DNA from: Octopus sinensis
Lineage: Eukaryota
NCBI RefSeq assembly: GCF_006345805.1
Contig: NC_043000.1
Coordinates: 65,224,001 to 65,288,000, forward strand
DNA: 64,000 nucleotides
Direction: 5' to 3'
A model generated the notes under the pieces. The model did not search any database. It was not told where the DNA came from and saw nothing but the letters and a program-made list of their open reading frames with translations. Within the stretch, counting starts at the first letter, position 1. Each line of letters starts with the position of its first letter. Shown in pieces: positions 1 to 13,600 of the stretch. The translations under genes were made by a program, and so were the position numbers.

Positions 1-57
1 GTGTCAATTACTTGAATATTAATGCCCTAAAAGTGCAGGCATGGCTCTGTGGAGTCG

Positions 58-385
58 CAGGCGTGGCTGTGTGGAAAGAAGCTTGCTTCCCAACCACATG
101 GTTCCAGATCCATTTCCACTGCATAGCAACTTGGGCAAGTGTCTTCTATTACAGCCACGGGTCGACCAAAGCCTTGTGGGTGGATTTGGCAAACGGAAAC
201 TGAAAGAAGCTAGTTGTATGTGTGTGTGCATGTGTCTTTACGTTCCCGGTTCGGCAAAAGAGGCCAATGAAATAAGTATTAAGCTTTAAAAGATAAGTCC
301 TGGGGTCGATTTGTTCGTCTAAAACCCTTGAAGTCTGTGTTCCAGCATGACCGCAGTCAAATGACTGAAACGAAGAAAAGATAAA
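58..385 (+). mobile_element. tRNA-derived SINE, family B (head GGCGTGGCTGTGTGG-AAGAAGCTTGCTTCC, internal CA/TG tract, tail ...CAAATGACTGAAAC)
   Basis: Same head, body and tail recur at 5318-5786, 34130-34540, 41057-41410 and 48720-49078. Confidence 0.8.
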
Positions 386-461
386 AGATGAATATGACTA
401 CATATATGCAGCGGTGGGTATATGTAACCATTTACATGGAGCATAACATAGATAACTAACT

Positions 462-762
462 GGCACTCCACGACAAGGGTTCCAGTTGATCCGATCAACG
501 AAACAGCCTGCTCGTGAAATGAACGTGCATGTGGCTGAGCGCTCCACAGACACGAGTACCCTTAGGGAGATTCAGCGTGACACAGTGTGACAAGGCTGGC
601 CCTTTGAAATACAGGTACTACTCATTTTTGCCAGCTGAGTGGACTGGGCTGGAGCAACATGAAATAAAGTGTCTTGCTTAAGGACACAAAGCGTCACCGA
701 GAATTGAATTCACGACCCTGCGATCGTGAGCCGAAATTCCTAACCACTAAGCCACGCGCCTT
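462..762 (-). mobile_element. tRNA-derived SINE, family C
   Basis: Reverse complement matches the copy at 29831-30150: A-box GTGGCTTAGTGGTTAGG, B-box GAATTCAATTC, body CCTTAAGCAAGACACTTTATTTCA...CCAGTCCACTCAGCTGGCAAAAATGAGT. Confidence 0.8.
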
Positions 763-1594
763 CACTGTAACATACGTATAACTACGTAAAACAGACAGGC
801 TTCATCTGATTGCGTACAATGACCACCAATATTCCTCAGGTCGCAACATACTGTCTCCAGAGAGAAAGACACATTGGATAGTGGTGTCCCTGATATACAT
901 AATAAACAGATGTTCAAGACCGAAACATCTGTAGTCACGCGTTTCATTGTTAAAGATTTAACCGGAACTATAGAATAAAAATGAGTAGCAAGTACCCTGT
1001 ACATGTAATACACTATACCAGTACAACATGTTCAGTCACAGAACTATTTATATATACATTCACACATTTAAAGATATGAAAAGAAAAAGAAATGAAAAAG
1101 TGAGATAACGCAAATGAAAAAGATGTGAAAGATGTTTCCCTGTACTTAACAATAGTAGCGTAGCTAGAGTGTGTGCCGCCCGGGGCGTCCCTTCAGTTTG
1201 TCACTCCCCCCCCACCACCACGAAAAATACATATTGCGTACAGCAGACCCAACAGTGGTGCCACCTGAGGCAGACCACTCCCTCTGCCCCCACGCCACCC
1301 CACTCCACTAACTACATTAGGACTGATAAAGAAAGTCTATTGTTAGTCATTCAGTCAGTCAGTTGTGATGTAGTTTTGTTTAGTGAGTAAATTTCAGCAC
1401 AACTTCTGAACTTATCATCATTCTTCGGTCATGAATGACCATGGGACAGCACCTAGAAAGTTACCCTCTGAGGCACAAGTCCGGGCAAGGTTGCTTATGG
1501 AAGGCCAGCAGGAATCCATGCATACCAGCCTCTCCTCTCCATGCCACTTATGTTATCCAAGGGAAAGACAAAAGCTGATACAGTTTGATACCAG

Positions 1595-1735
1595 TGGCAT
1601 TGCAACTCATTTCTACGACTGAGTGAACTGGAGCAGCATGAAATAAAGTGTCTTGCTCAAGAACACAACACACACAGCCCGGCCCGGGAATCGAACTCAC
1701 TACCTCATCATCGTAAGTCCGACACTGAACCATGC
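1595..1735 (-). mobile_element. SINE family C, partial
   Basis: GAGTTCGATTCCCGGGCC...TTGAGCAAGACACTTTATTTCATGCTGCTCCAGTTCACTCAG on the minus strand. Confidence 0.7.
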
Positions 1736-2105
1736 TCATCAAAGCAGAACAAGACCACTACTGTATAACGCTACGACAAACAAATGACGCACATATGTTC
1801 AATATATGCTATCTCTATGGAGATCGTTACTAATGCAAAATATAATTTCAATGAGTGTCTTCCAACGAACATCTCATCAACTGTCAACAAGGGATGATGT
1901 ACGCAGTTGCTTAACTTGATAGAAATAGAAGCCAAATATCAGCCACATTACAACTCACCGTCTTAAATAGAAATACACAGGTTTGTAGAGGGCAGATGGT
2001 CCCAGGGCGGCAGGTACATGGTAGTGCATTGTGGGGATTACTCTCAGGAATGAAGGAGGTAATACTGTCTAAGGAGAGGTTAGAGATTGGTCTATGTTAT
2101 CAACA

Positions 2106-2158
2106 TTATTATTATTATTACTACTATTATTATTACTATTATTATTATTATTATTATT
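2106..2158. repeat. (TAT)n = (TAA)n microsatellite at the 3' end of the Dong-like element
   Basis: Directly visible, with a few TAC interruptions. Confidence 0.95.
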
Positions 2159-5012
2159 CAGTAGTTTTATTTTTATTTTTATAGCGTGCTTTCACTTCAC
2201 TACCGAGCGCAGCTCTGTGTGCCTTGGGTATGTGCTGTGATTTGTTGTGATGCTCTGATGGTTATTGTATGGAAAGTGTTCTGCGTAGGATGTGTGCAGT
2301 GCCTAGTAGTGCAATTTTCTGTATGTTATATGTGTTTGTAAGTCCTGGTGTTTTTGTTATGTATTTGTCTGAATATTTTTTTATCATGCCTAATGCACCT
2401 ACTATGATAGGAATTGTTTCTGTTTTCAGATTCCACATTCTAGTTACCTCTATTTCCAGGTCTTTGTATTTTGAGAGTTTCTCCATTTCTTTTAGAGACA
2501 CGTTGTCATCTGCCGGTACTGATACATCAATTAGAAAGCATTTTTTTTCTTCATGGTCTCTGACAACTATATCTGGTCTGTTGGCCTTAATTTCTTTATC
2601 TGTGTGTATCGGCATATCCCAGAGTATGGTTGCTTTCTCGTTTTCTGTGACCTTTTCTGGTGTGTGCCTATACCATCTTTTTTCTGTTGTTATTCCATAA
2701 TGTTGGCATAGCTTCCAATGTATGTAAGTTCCAACTCTGTCATGTCTGTGAATATATTCCTTCTTAGCCAGGACTGGGCAGCTAGAGATAATATGATTTA
2801 TTGTTTCTTGTCCATCTCCACATATTCTGCAGTTACTTGTAATATTTCTTTTCATTACATGTCTTTGGTAATTTCTGGTGGGGAGGCTTTGGTCTTGTGC
2901 TGCAATTAAAAATCCCTCTGTTTCTGCTTTGAGTCCTGAGCTTCTCAACCATTGCTGGGATTTTTCTTTGTCTATTTCTTTTGCGTTTAGTTTAGTCCAG
3001 TATTTACCATGAAGGGGCTTTTCTTGCCATCGTTTTATCATGGTTCGTTGCTGTTCTATTTTTAGTTTGGATTTCATTTTTTTAATAGCTTTTGTTGTTT
3101 CTTCATCTTCTTCTTCTTCTTCATGTTTATTAGGTGGTATGATTTCTTGTTTGTATTTGTCAGCTTCCTTAAATACTGAGAACAGTTTTTTGTTTTGCTC
3201 GTGTTTTGCCGCTATCTGGATCAGTTTTCCTTCCTTCTGAAGTAGATATTTTTGCAGTCCTATGGTGGTTATTTTATAGTAGTTTTCCAGCTGTATAAGG
3301 CCTCTACCACCTTCTATACGTTGTATATATAGTCTTTCTATGTCAGATTTTGGATGATGCATCCTAGATCCTGTCATTATTTTTCTTGTTTTCCTGTCTA
3401 TTTTGGTCAGTTCATTTCGTGTCCAGTTAAGGATATTGTAGCTGTAACTTATAACTGGGACAGCTAAAGTGTTGATACCTATTATCTTGTTTTTAGCATT
3501 GAGCTCTGTGTTTAGTATTGATCTAACTCGTCTATAATATTCTTTTTTTATTTTTTCTTTCATTTGTGTGTGTTGTGTCTTATCTAGTTCATGGATTCCT
3601 AAGTATTTGTAAGTTTGGCTTTGGTCTAATTCTTTTATTTCATTTGCTTCATCTAGTGTGATATTGTTACTCTTAACTAGTTTTCCTCTTTTCATGTTTA
3701 CTTTGGCGCATTTTTCTAATCCAAATTTCATATCTATTTCTTTGGTAAATCCATGAACTGTCTTTAATAGTGTTTCCAGCTGTTTGTCATTTGCAGCGTA
3801 TAGTTTTAGGTCATCCATATATAAAAGGTGGCTGATCGTTTTGCCGTAACATTTATATCCGCATCCAGTTCTATTTAGCATATCAGATAGAGGTGACAGT
3901 GCCAAGCAGAAAAGGAGTGGAGAGAGCGTATCTCCCTGGAATATTCCTCTTCTAATGGGGATGTCTTTGGTTTTCATGAGTCCCTCTTTTGTTTGGAGGT
4001 GTAGGACTGTTTGCCATTTATTCATAGAGTGCTCTATGAATTTTATGATTGTTGGTGCTACTTTGTTAATGGCTAGTGTTTCGAGGATCCATGTGTGGGG
4101 GATGCTATCAAACGCCTTTTTGTAGTCAATCCAGGCCATACTGAGGCCTTTCTTCTTTCTGTGGCTGTCTTCAGTTATGGCTTTATTAATCATTAGTTGA
4201 TCTTTACAGCCATATGAGCCTTTGCGGCATCCTTTCTGCTCTTCTGGGAACAGTTTGTTTTCGTCCAGGTGCTTGTTCAGCCTTTGTGATATCACTGCAG
4301 TAAATGCCTTGAACATAGTAGGGAGGCAGGTTATTGGTCTGTAGTTTTCTGGTTTTTCTGTTTCATTTGATTTGGGAATTAAGATGGTTTTCCCCTTCGT
4401 GAGCCATTCAGGCATTGTCTCTGGCTCTGCTAGTACGTTGTTAAAGTTTTCAGCCAGCTTTTTGTGCATTCCTGTTAGATATTTCAACCAGAAGTTGGGG
4501 ATCTTGTCATGCCCAGGTGCCTTCCAGTTGCTTAGTCTTTGCAGTGCCTGGGTGACCTCTTCAGTTGTTATGGGGGTCCAAATTTGTTCAGATGCCGAGT
4601 TTGTTATTTTGATACTCCTTTTTTTTGGTGGTTCGTTCGCCGACCATATTTCTCCCCAGAATTCTTCCAATTCTTCTGCCGTTGGTGCTGCAGTGACTTC
4701 TATTTTATTTTTGCCCAGTTCTTGGTAGAACTTTTTGGGGTTGGAGTTGAACTTTTTGTTTTCTTCAAAGAAGCGTTGGCGTTTCTTGTACCGGCGGATC
4801 CTTTGTGCTTTGGCAAGGATATCTTGCTTCAGCTTTTCTTTTATTTCAGGCAAATCTTTTTCTGTGATGTTATATTTGCGGAGTATTTTTGTTCTCTTTT
4901 TGTTGCTCAGTAGCGTTGATTCTTTGCTGATTTCATTAAGAATCGACAGGTCTTTTCTATTTTTTTTTATTTTACTTTGGATGTTATTTATCCACAGGGT
5001 TTGTTTGGGTGG

Positions 5013-5015
<3 letters not shown>
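2159..5015 (-). mobile_element. R4/Dong-clade RLE non-LTR retrotransposon, 5'-truncated, inserted in (TAA)n
   Basis: Single ORF with RT, CCHC finger and restriction-like endonuclease. About 100 bp of 3' UTR runs into (TAA)n, and (TAA)n also abuts the 5' end. Confidence 0.9.
2262..5015 (-). CDS. RT-RLE polyprotein (N-terminally truncated, 917 codons open)
   Basis: Track ORF 2262-4853; I read the frame open upstream to the microsatellite (KPPKQTLWINNIQSKIKKNRKDLS...). Motifs: WKAPGHD, YRPITCL, QKGCRKG, WIDYKKAFDSIPH, GIFQGDTLSPLLF, YMDDLKLY, YKYLG, CRICGDGQETINHIISSC (CCHC), RPDIVV...LIDVSVP...KLSKY (RLE). Confidence 0.92.

Positions 5016-5083
<68 letters not shown>
5016..5083. repeat. (TAT)n = (TAA)n microsatellite at the 5' end of the Dong-like element
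   Basis: Directly visible. Confidence 0.95.
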
Positions 5084-5084
<1 letters not shown>

Positions 5085-5266
5085 TACCTTCAAATTTTCC
5101 CACAGATCTAAAAGCAACCTAAATCACCACACGGTACATATCCCGAACACCCCTTAGGTAATCTCCAGCAATCCTATTTGACTTTCCATTATCCCCGTTT
5201 TGGATTTTTTTTTAACTCTCCAATCTTATTTTTAATTGCTTAATTATCCATATGTGGACATATATA

Positions 5267-5313
<47 letters not shown>

Positions 5314-5317
5314 TTCT

Positions 5318-5577
5318 ATTCTTGTTTCGGTCATTTGACTGTGGCCATGCTAGAACATCACCTGAAAGAGTTTTAGTCGATGAAATCAACCTTAGGATTT
5401 ATTATTTGTTTTTTTTAAGCCTAGTACTTATTCTATCCGTCGCTTTTGTCGAACCGCTAAGTTACAGGGACGTAAACCAACCAACATCGGTTGTCAAATG
5501 ATGATGATGATGATGATGGGGTGATAAACACAGACACAAAGATACACACACGTAAAAATATATACACACACACATAT

Positions 5578-5614
<37 letters not shown>

Positions 5615-5786
5615 TATGTGCACGATGGATTTTGTTCAGTTTCCGTCTACCAAATCCACTCACAAGGTTTTGATTGGCCCGAGGCTATAGTAGAAAACAC
5701 TCCCCCTAGGTACCATGCAGTGGGACTGGATCCCGAACCACGTGTTTGGGAAGCAAGCTTCTTACCACACAGCCACGCCTGCGCCT
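5318..5786 (-). mobile_element. SINE family B, near full length
   Basis: Head GGCGCAGGCGTGGCTGTGTGGTAAGAAGCTTGCTTCCC at 5786 and tail ...CAAATGACCGAAAC at about 5325. Confidence 0.8.
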
Positions 5787-6035
<249 letters not shown>

Positions 6036-6696
6036 ATATAACAACAGTTAAATATCCCTAAAATGACTTCTTTTTAAATGAATATTCTACATTTGGTGCA
6101 TAGGACATAGCCAAGGCACTTTCAGGTTTGTTAGTGCAAAAAGATGGTATATAACCTGGCTTTTATACTTTATTTTACGACTTGACTTTTATGTTTCTAT
6201 AATACAAGATAAAAGTAAGGATATATTGAGAGATGCTGCAATTTACGACTTATTTGTAGAATATTTCTTATACTTTCCATCGCTTTTATTAAACAGATGG
6301 GATTGTGCTTTATAAATGATCATCTGTACAATGTTAGCCCTAAGATATTCTTATCTAAGAGATTTGTGATAAAAAGCATTAAAAAGCTTTCAGTCTTTTT
6401 CGTAGAATTAATGTACTCTGGATTACGTTATTCATTGTATTTTAGTTTCAAAGACAGCTGTGTGCGCTGTCTGAGGAATATTTGGTTGTTATCTCTATTA
6501 GATCTAGGGACGAGGTAGAGGCTCACCTCACTAGCACAAGTCTGAACTTCTTGCAACAGAAAGTGCTATAAACTCTTTCTTTGTGGGATCGTTGCGTAAA
6601 GTATTGGGGAAAGGATTCTTGTTCTAACAGCTATACATTTATATTAACAATTTTGTATTACATTGTCAATGCCATGCATATAGGACGACAGTATGT

Positions 6697-6719
6697 ATAT
6701 TTATACATACATACATACA

Positions 6720-6753
<34 letters not shown>

Positions 6754-6900
6754 CATACATACATACATACATATATATATGTATTATATATACGCATATA
6801 TATATATACACATTTAAACACGCACATGCATACACACATACCTGCATACACACACATGCACACACACATATACACAGACACATATACACATACACATGTG
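6697..6900. repeat. (TACA)n / (CA)-rich microsatellite
   Basis: Directly visible. Confidence 0.9.
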
Positions 6901-7969
6901 TATATCTGGCGGCATGCAGGCTTCCTCACTCTCTAAGTGCTACTCAACAATATCAACACTATCAAATGTTTAAAAAAAAATAAGAAGAAAATAAAGGACA
7001 CCAACGAGCCATCGTTGCTAACTACGTAAATCTCTAAGTCGCAGTCCGTTATAATTACTTTCTTAGTTGCTCGATGCTAATAGTATATAGTTACATAAGA
7101 TGAAGTAAATTAAACATACAAAAAGCAACAAATATAATCTTTTTCACGTGATAGTTTTAATTTACTTCAAGAGTAGTTGAACTTTTGCTACAGCTCTTCT
7201 AACTAGAGGCACTGGTTTTATTGTATCTCTAAACAAGATATTGATTTAGCAGACGGAGAGGTTTGAGAAAGAAAGAAATTAAGAAACTGTGGCGTTGGGA
7301 GAGGACTATGAAATAGTAGTAAGTACCAAATAAAAGCATTGAAGTGTCACAAATATATTTTTTCATTTCTTTGACATTTATGATTAATTACAAGTACTCT
7401 TGCGTAAAAAAATGCTATCTTGATATAATGCTTAACTTATTACAGTTCGTTTTCAGCTTAGTTCATTTTGGAGGTGAATTCTTGCAGTTCGTTCGCTTAT
7501 GTAATAAGTACTTGCCAATATGAACTGTAATATGATGTTGGAATGAAGCCTCTGGCAGTATATTTTGATAGTTTCTGATACTTATAGCAGAGTAATGAAC
7601 ATGTGGGTTGAGAATAAAGTTTATTGGTTTTCAGCAGTAGCTGTTGATGATCGTCAAAATAGCAAAGATATTCTGATTCAAAATATATGCTGAAATTACT
7701 AGCAGACAATGTATTTGTTATTTTAATCGATAAAGTATTAGTGTTGCTGGTGGGACGGAACTAATGAGAGGGACAGTTCCTGGGAATTAGCAAAATTTGT
7801 AGAAAACAGTTTTCAGATTTCGGAGGACATAAAGAAAACATTTAAACAAATGTGTTGGATCAAAAGTTTCCCAGAACAATTCTTTAAGAACCATTCTTAA
7901 ATAATGTGTCCCAAATACAGGATATAACAACTTTTGTCTTTTGATTGATTTCAGCCATTGAACTGTGAC

Positions 7970-8009
7970 TATGCAGGGACAATACTTTCAAAGATTCTCA
8001 ACCAAAAAT

Positions 8010-8104
<95 letters not shown>

Positions 8105-8139
8105 GGGACAATACTTTCAAAGATTCTCAACCAAAAATA

Positions 8140-8180
<41 letters not shown>
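7970..8180. repeat. 42-bp direct repeat, each copy followed by a (TA)n tract
   Basis: TATGCAGGGACAATACTTTCAAAGATTCTCAACCAAAAATAT at 7970-8011 and 8099-8140. Confidence 0.9.
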
Positions 8181-8187
<7 letters not shown>

Positions 8188-8429
8188 GTTTATGGGAAAC
8201 GTTTTGAATATGCAAATAAAGCTTCTATTCCATTCTGCCGGCCACTGTCTAATGATGTTGACTAGTGAGCCAGTTTTTCGGGGTTGCATCTAGTTGTACT
8301 GATATATTGGGTAAGGTAAATATAATAATAATAATAGTTTTCCTTGGATGGAATATATAAACATTTATAAACAGGAATACAGACTGTGATCTTATGAGTC
8401 ATGTGATTTGTGGGGATTTGTTTTGTCTT

Positions 8430-9007
<578 letters not shown>

Positions 9008-9318
9008 TGCAAGACTCCAGGATGATAATTTTTTTGAAGTGGGAAGAATACAGATTGTGGGCAATGAAGAGAGCGGACGTGATACTAATGGTAAATGGCG
9101 CGCTTGGAAGTATCAGCACTCAACTACCAACATGGCTCAAAAAGAGTGGTACAATTATAAAGATTGAACACCTACAAAAATCAGCATTACTTGAAACTGC
9201 AAGAATTCTTCGCAGGGTTCTTGAAGCTTGATCAATAAACAAGTGTCACCTTAGTCTGCTGGCTGTTGAAAGCTGACATTCTCCATCATACCCAGCAAAA
9301 TAAGCTGAGAGTTTTCAT
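9008..9318 (+). pseudogene. Severely 5'-truncated R4/Dong-like copy (RLE C-terminus + 3' UTR), second family
   Basis: ORF 9007-9231 ...VNGALGSIS...LQKSALLETARILRRVLEA* aligns by eye to ...IVGALGMIK...IQKIALLGTAHILRRTLSIQ* of the 2262-5015 ORF. (TAA)n lies on both sides; the 3' UTR differs. Confidence 0.85.
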
Positions 9319-9348
9319 ATAATAATAATAATAATTCTTATTATTATT

Positions 9349-9520
9349 ATTGAGTGAGAGAGCAGTTCATGCCATCAAAGTGACACTGGGGTAAAATATA
9401 CGAAGCCCAATATATCCATCATGACTACCCGTCTGATAAGGGCACACCAGGCACATGCATCACAACCATATGTGCGCGACATGGTGATATCATATCAAGA
9501 TAAACAACACATGACCTTGC
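9349..9520 (-). mobile_element. 5'-truncated copy of the 8430-8905 element, flanked by (TAA)n on both sides
   Basis: Diverged reverse complement of about 8734-8905. Confidence 0.75.
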
Positions 9521-9563
<43 letters not shown>

Positions 9564-10189
9564 TATTATTATTGTTATCTTTTTTTTCTTCTTCAGACAA
9601 GTGTATATAGTATAGAACCACTCTTACATATCTTAATATTTTTCTCGGAGAACAATATAAAACAATACAATTAGCTCCTGACTTTGACCTAAATGATTAT
9701 TCCTGTTCAGAAATCACTTCCAATTTAAACTATCCTTAAGAATAACAGAATGACAAGGGGATTTATGAGGATTGAGATAAATTATCTAGAGTGACTTCAT
9801 TCAATGAATCTATGAAATATAAATCGACCTCGAGAATTTACTTGCACTTTTATTTTATCAATTCCGAAAAGATGGAGAGTAAATATGATCTTGACAGAAT
9901 TTAAACTCTAATAATAAAATTAACGTACAAAATTTACCATTAAAAAGAATTCTTTTAAAGTTATTTTTCAGCAAGACACTTTAACCTGTGGATCATACTT
10001 CAAATTATTAATGTAATAAAATAAAAGTAATTTTGAATTTGGGAATTTTCGATTTTAATCTTGACATCCAGGAGTAAACATTGTCCTTGCAAGTTAAACA
10101 CTTTCTTCTATCTAACAACGTAAGAGATATTTGACTTAAATATTGGTTTCGAATTTTGGCACAAGGCCAGCGATTTCATGGTAGAGTGT

Positions 10190-10355
10190 AAGTCAATTAC
10201 AACGACCCCAGTGTCCAGTTGGTACTTATTTTATCGACCTTGAAAGGGTGAGAGTCAAAGTCGACCTCGGCGGAATTTTAACTCAGGGCGTAAAGACGGA
10301 TGAAATACCGCTAAGCATTTTGCCTAACGTGCTAACAATTCTGCCAGCTCACCGA
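10190..10355 (-). mobile_element. tRNA-derived SINE family A, diverged
   Basis: Matches head GGCGAGCTGGCAGAA-GTTAGCACG...GTATTTCGTC...GAGTTCAAATTCCGCCGAGGTCGAC. Confidence 0.75.
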
Positions 10356-13300
10356 CTTATATTTGACCTAAATATTGGTAAATGTTTAGGTCATATATTT
10401 CATCAGATTATGTAACAGAATGAAAACCAAAGGAAAATAATTTCTCCATGCAGATATAGCCTTATTTATGCCTCTTAGACTTATCCCTTCAATAAAATTG
10501 TTAGACAACGAAACTGTCATGGTACTAGTGCGGTACTAGTCATGGTACTAGTGCGTAAGTGGTTAAGTATTTCAAATACACATGTACCCTTAACGTAATC
10601 TGCAAGCAGGAATAACGCGTCAATATTGGTCGGTTGGTATACATATACAGTCTGCTCAACAGGTTTTCACAGGTTCTGTCTATCTAAATTCACACATAAG
10701 ACTTGGATCAATTCGAGGTTACAGTAAAACTCACTTATCCAAGACCCCACACAATAAAATCGAATATGAGACCTCGTGATTATGAATTGAACTTCGTAAC
10801 CATTTAACCGTACCAACAGTACATACAATAGCATAAAAATCTAAACAGAATAACAAGGCTACTTTTTATGTTCACCTAAACTTCATTCCTTAACATTATC
10901 TAAGAAATATTTTATCTAAACATTTAGTAATAAATAATCGTCATGTCTTTCTTCAGAAAATAGTCTTTCCATACGGATGTAGTCCGACTTTCGTCTCTTG
11001 GACTTACCCATTTAAGAAAAAGATATTGATAAAATAAGTAGCAAACATAGCACCAGGTTTGATATAGTCGAGTAAAATACTTGACGGTTAGGGTTCAGTA
11101 TGACCACATCCCTCAAAAGAAACAGTGAAAATAAACGACTTTGTGATCGTTCTCAGAATGCATTTTACACCTCATTAGGCATATTAATATAAATGAACGA
11201 AAATTTGTGAAGGTATGTTTATTGTGTTTGGTTTATCTATTTTATTTTATCGCTTGCATAGAGGACCGATGAAATAAAAGTGTGGTTAAGAAGTCCGTTC
11301 CCCAACTACAAGATTTTGAGTTCGGTGATACTGCATGACACATTGAACAAGTGTCATCTACAATAGCTTCAGGTCGTGCCTTGTAATTAAAATTTGAGGT
11401 AAACGGAAACAGTATGGAAGATCACTGTATGTGTTCGTGTATGCGAGTGAATTTTTGTTTACTGTTATGCCCCATTATGCATCTATTCGGCAAATATAAT
11501 CAATAAAAATTTTTTTTTTAATTCAGTACTTGAATCAATATGACCGATTAAACCATCGAAGGAGGTGCTCCAGAATGACCGTTGTTCACTGACTGGAAGC
11601 AATAAAATGATAACAGAACCTATAGGTCACCTAATATATATCCGGATAACTTGTGAAAAATGAAAAAATTATGAAACTATTTAAACGTTATATTATTTAA
11701 TCATCTTTGATAATATAAAAAACTGGGACTTCAATAGTTTTTGAGAAGCCGAAACAGACATTGAAGCAGGCAATCAAACAAACAGACGTGACAAAACTAT
11801 AGCACATAATTTTTTGATGTCTCGATAATTTTAGATGGAAAAGATTATGGAAGCAGACATTAGCAGATAACATCACAGTGCTATATAGAATAACTATTTT
11901 GAAACAATATTTATACTGGAAACAATTTTAATGTTTTACTAACACATTTCATATTTGCTACCCTTCACACCACAAGTTAACTTATTTTACATGCATATTA
12001 ATCATCCATAGTACGTTCACCTGTACAATCATGGAGTGTATGCTAAAGATTTCTTCTGTTCTAATTTTCACTTTTTTATTCAGAGTGTCGGATAAAATAT
12101 CACGAGATTTTTGTTCCGAGTCTATGTGCTCTAAGTTCAAATTCCAACTTCGTCTTTCTTCCTTTCGGGTCAATTAATAAAGTGGTCGTCATTAGCAGTG
12201 GATTGGTGAGATTGTTAGAGCGTTGGGTGGGATGTCTTGCAATATCAGTTCTGATGCTTTTCTGTCCTTACAGAAACGCCTAGCGATAACGCTGATATTA
12301 AACAGTATCGGCCGTTTCCTTCTCCCTTGACGTCATAAATAAGATGTAGAGAAGAAATTTGTATTTATGAACGACTATTGGTCTTCCAAGAACAAAACTT
12401 TATTTAGGCCTGCACCTTGGGGAAGAACTCTTTGAGTGCACTTCCATATTCTCACGATATACATAGAGGTCCCGAATAAGCTTTATCAGAGTGTGAAAAG
12501 GAAAACATTACTAAATAGCAAAGAGGTAGCAAACCAGAATATTTTAATTAATTCAAAATAAAACTCTTAATAGTGAGAACAAAGATTACCTACGTGGCTG
12601 CTTCTGTCAAACATGCCCAGGGTGATAACCTAAGGATTTTAATTAAATTAATTAAATATAGAATTATTGGGAAGTAAACCGGATCTTTAGCAGTCTAAAG
12701 AAAACTGTGGACGTCTTTTAAATTTTCAGGGTTACTTCTCTTGACAACTCACTCAGCACTACTTTCTATATATTTTCATTGAATACAATTTCGAGGTTAT
12801 CTCTCACTGCTGTTTTTTAAAACCAGAATTAGTCATTTTAAAAAAAAATAGTTGTTCTCTCCTGTAAAGAGGTAACTTTAATTCGATAAACTTTCTCGAA
12901 TTGTTACGCCAAATATTCTAATACCCACATTATTATGAGGTCTTTATGCAACAGGCAACACTGGGTATTCTCTTAAGTTATCTAACCACTCAGTATTCAT
13001 TCTAAGATCTTGTAGCTACAGTTAGACTATACATCACTGATGAAATCTACAAGGCTAAAACATGTCCAAAGTTGTCACCAACTGATTACGATCAGACCCA
13101 TTTCTCTCAGCATTCCATATTAGATACATTTGGAATAAAATTTCGGGAAGTTGTCTCTCGCGTCTCTTTTGAAACAGAAACTGTCATTTAGTTGAAAGTG
13201 GTTCTCATAGCTAAGAGTACAATTTTTATTTATAAAAATTTCTTGGTTGACTCCATCAAGTGTACTAGCGCCTACTTTACTATCAACTTTGCCAAACAGA

Positions 13301-13389
13301 TTCATTTAACAAGCAATAATGATACAGTATCAAGAATATGATCTGGTACTTCGAAATTGTAATACAATTTAATCAAACCTATCATTGAT

Positions 13390-13600
13390 ATTGGTTTCAA
13401 ATTTTGGCACAAGGTCAACAATTTCTGGGATAACTCGATTACGTTGACCCCAGCGTTCAACTGTTACTTACTTTATCGATCACGAAAGGATGTAAGGCAA
13501 AGCCCACTCTGGTGATATTTGAACTCAGAACGCGAGGTCGGAAGAAATGCCGCTATATATTTTGTCCGGCACGGTAACGATTCTGCTAGCTCGCCGCCTT
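13390..13600 (-). mobile_element. SINE family A, diverged
   Basis: AAGGCGGCGAGCTAGCAGAATCGTTACCGTGCCGG... on the minus strand. Confidence 0.75.

Noticed and set aside
6200-7800. Short ORF pieces vaguely resembling GPCR or hAT fragments
   Set aside because: No motif could be confirmed in any frame; too degenerate to call.
10975-11015. GTCC-AAGA-GAC-GAAA-GTCGGACTA partial hammerhead (minus strand)
   Set aside because: The CUGANGA core is absent.
13030-13070. CTGATGA...AAAACATGTC hammerhead-like string
   Set aside because: Stem II does not pair, GAAA is mutated and there is no stem I.
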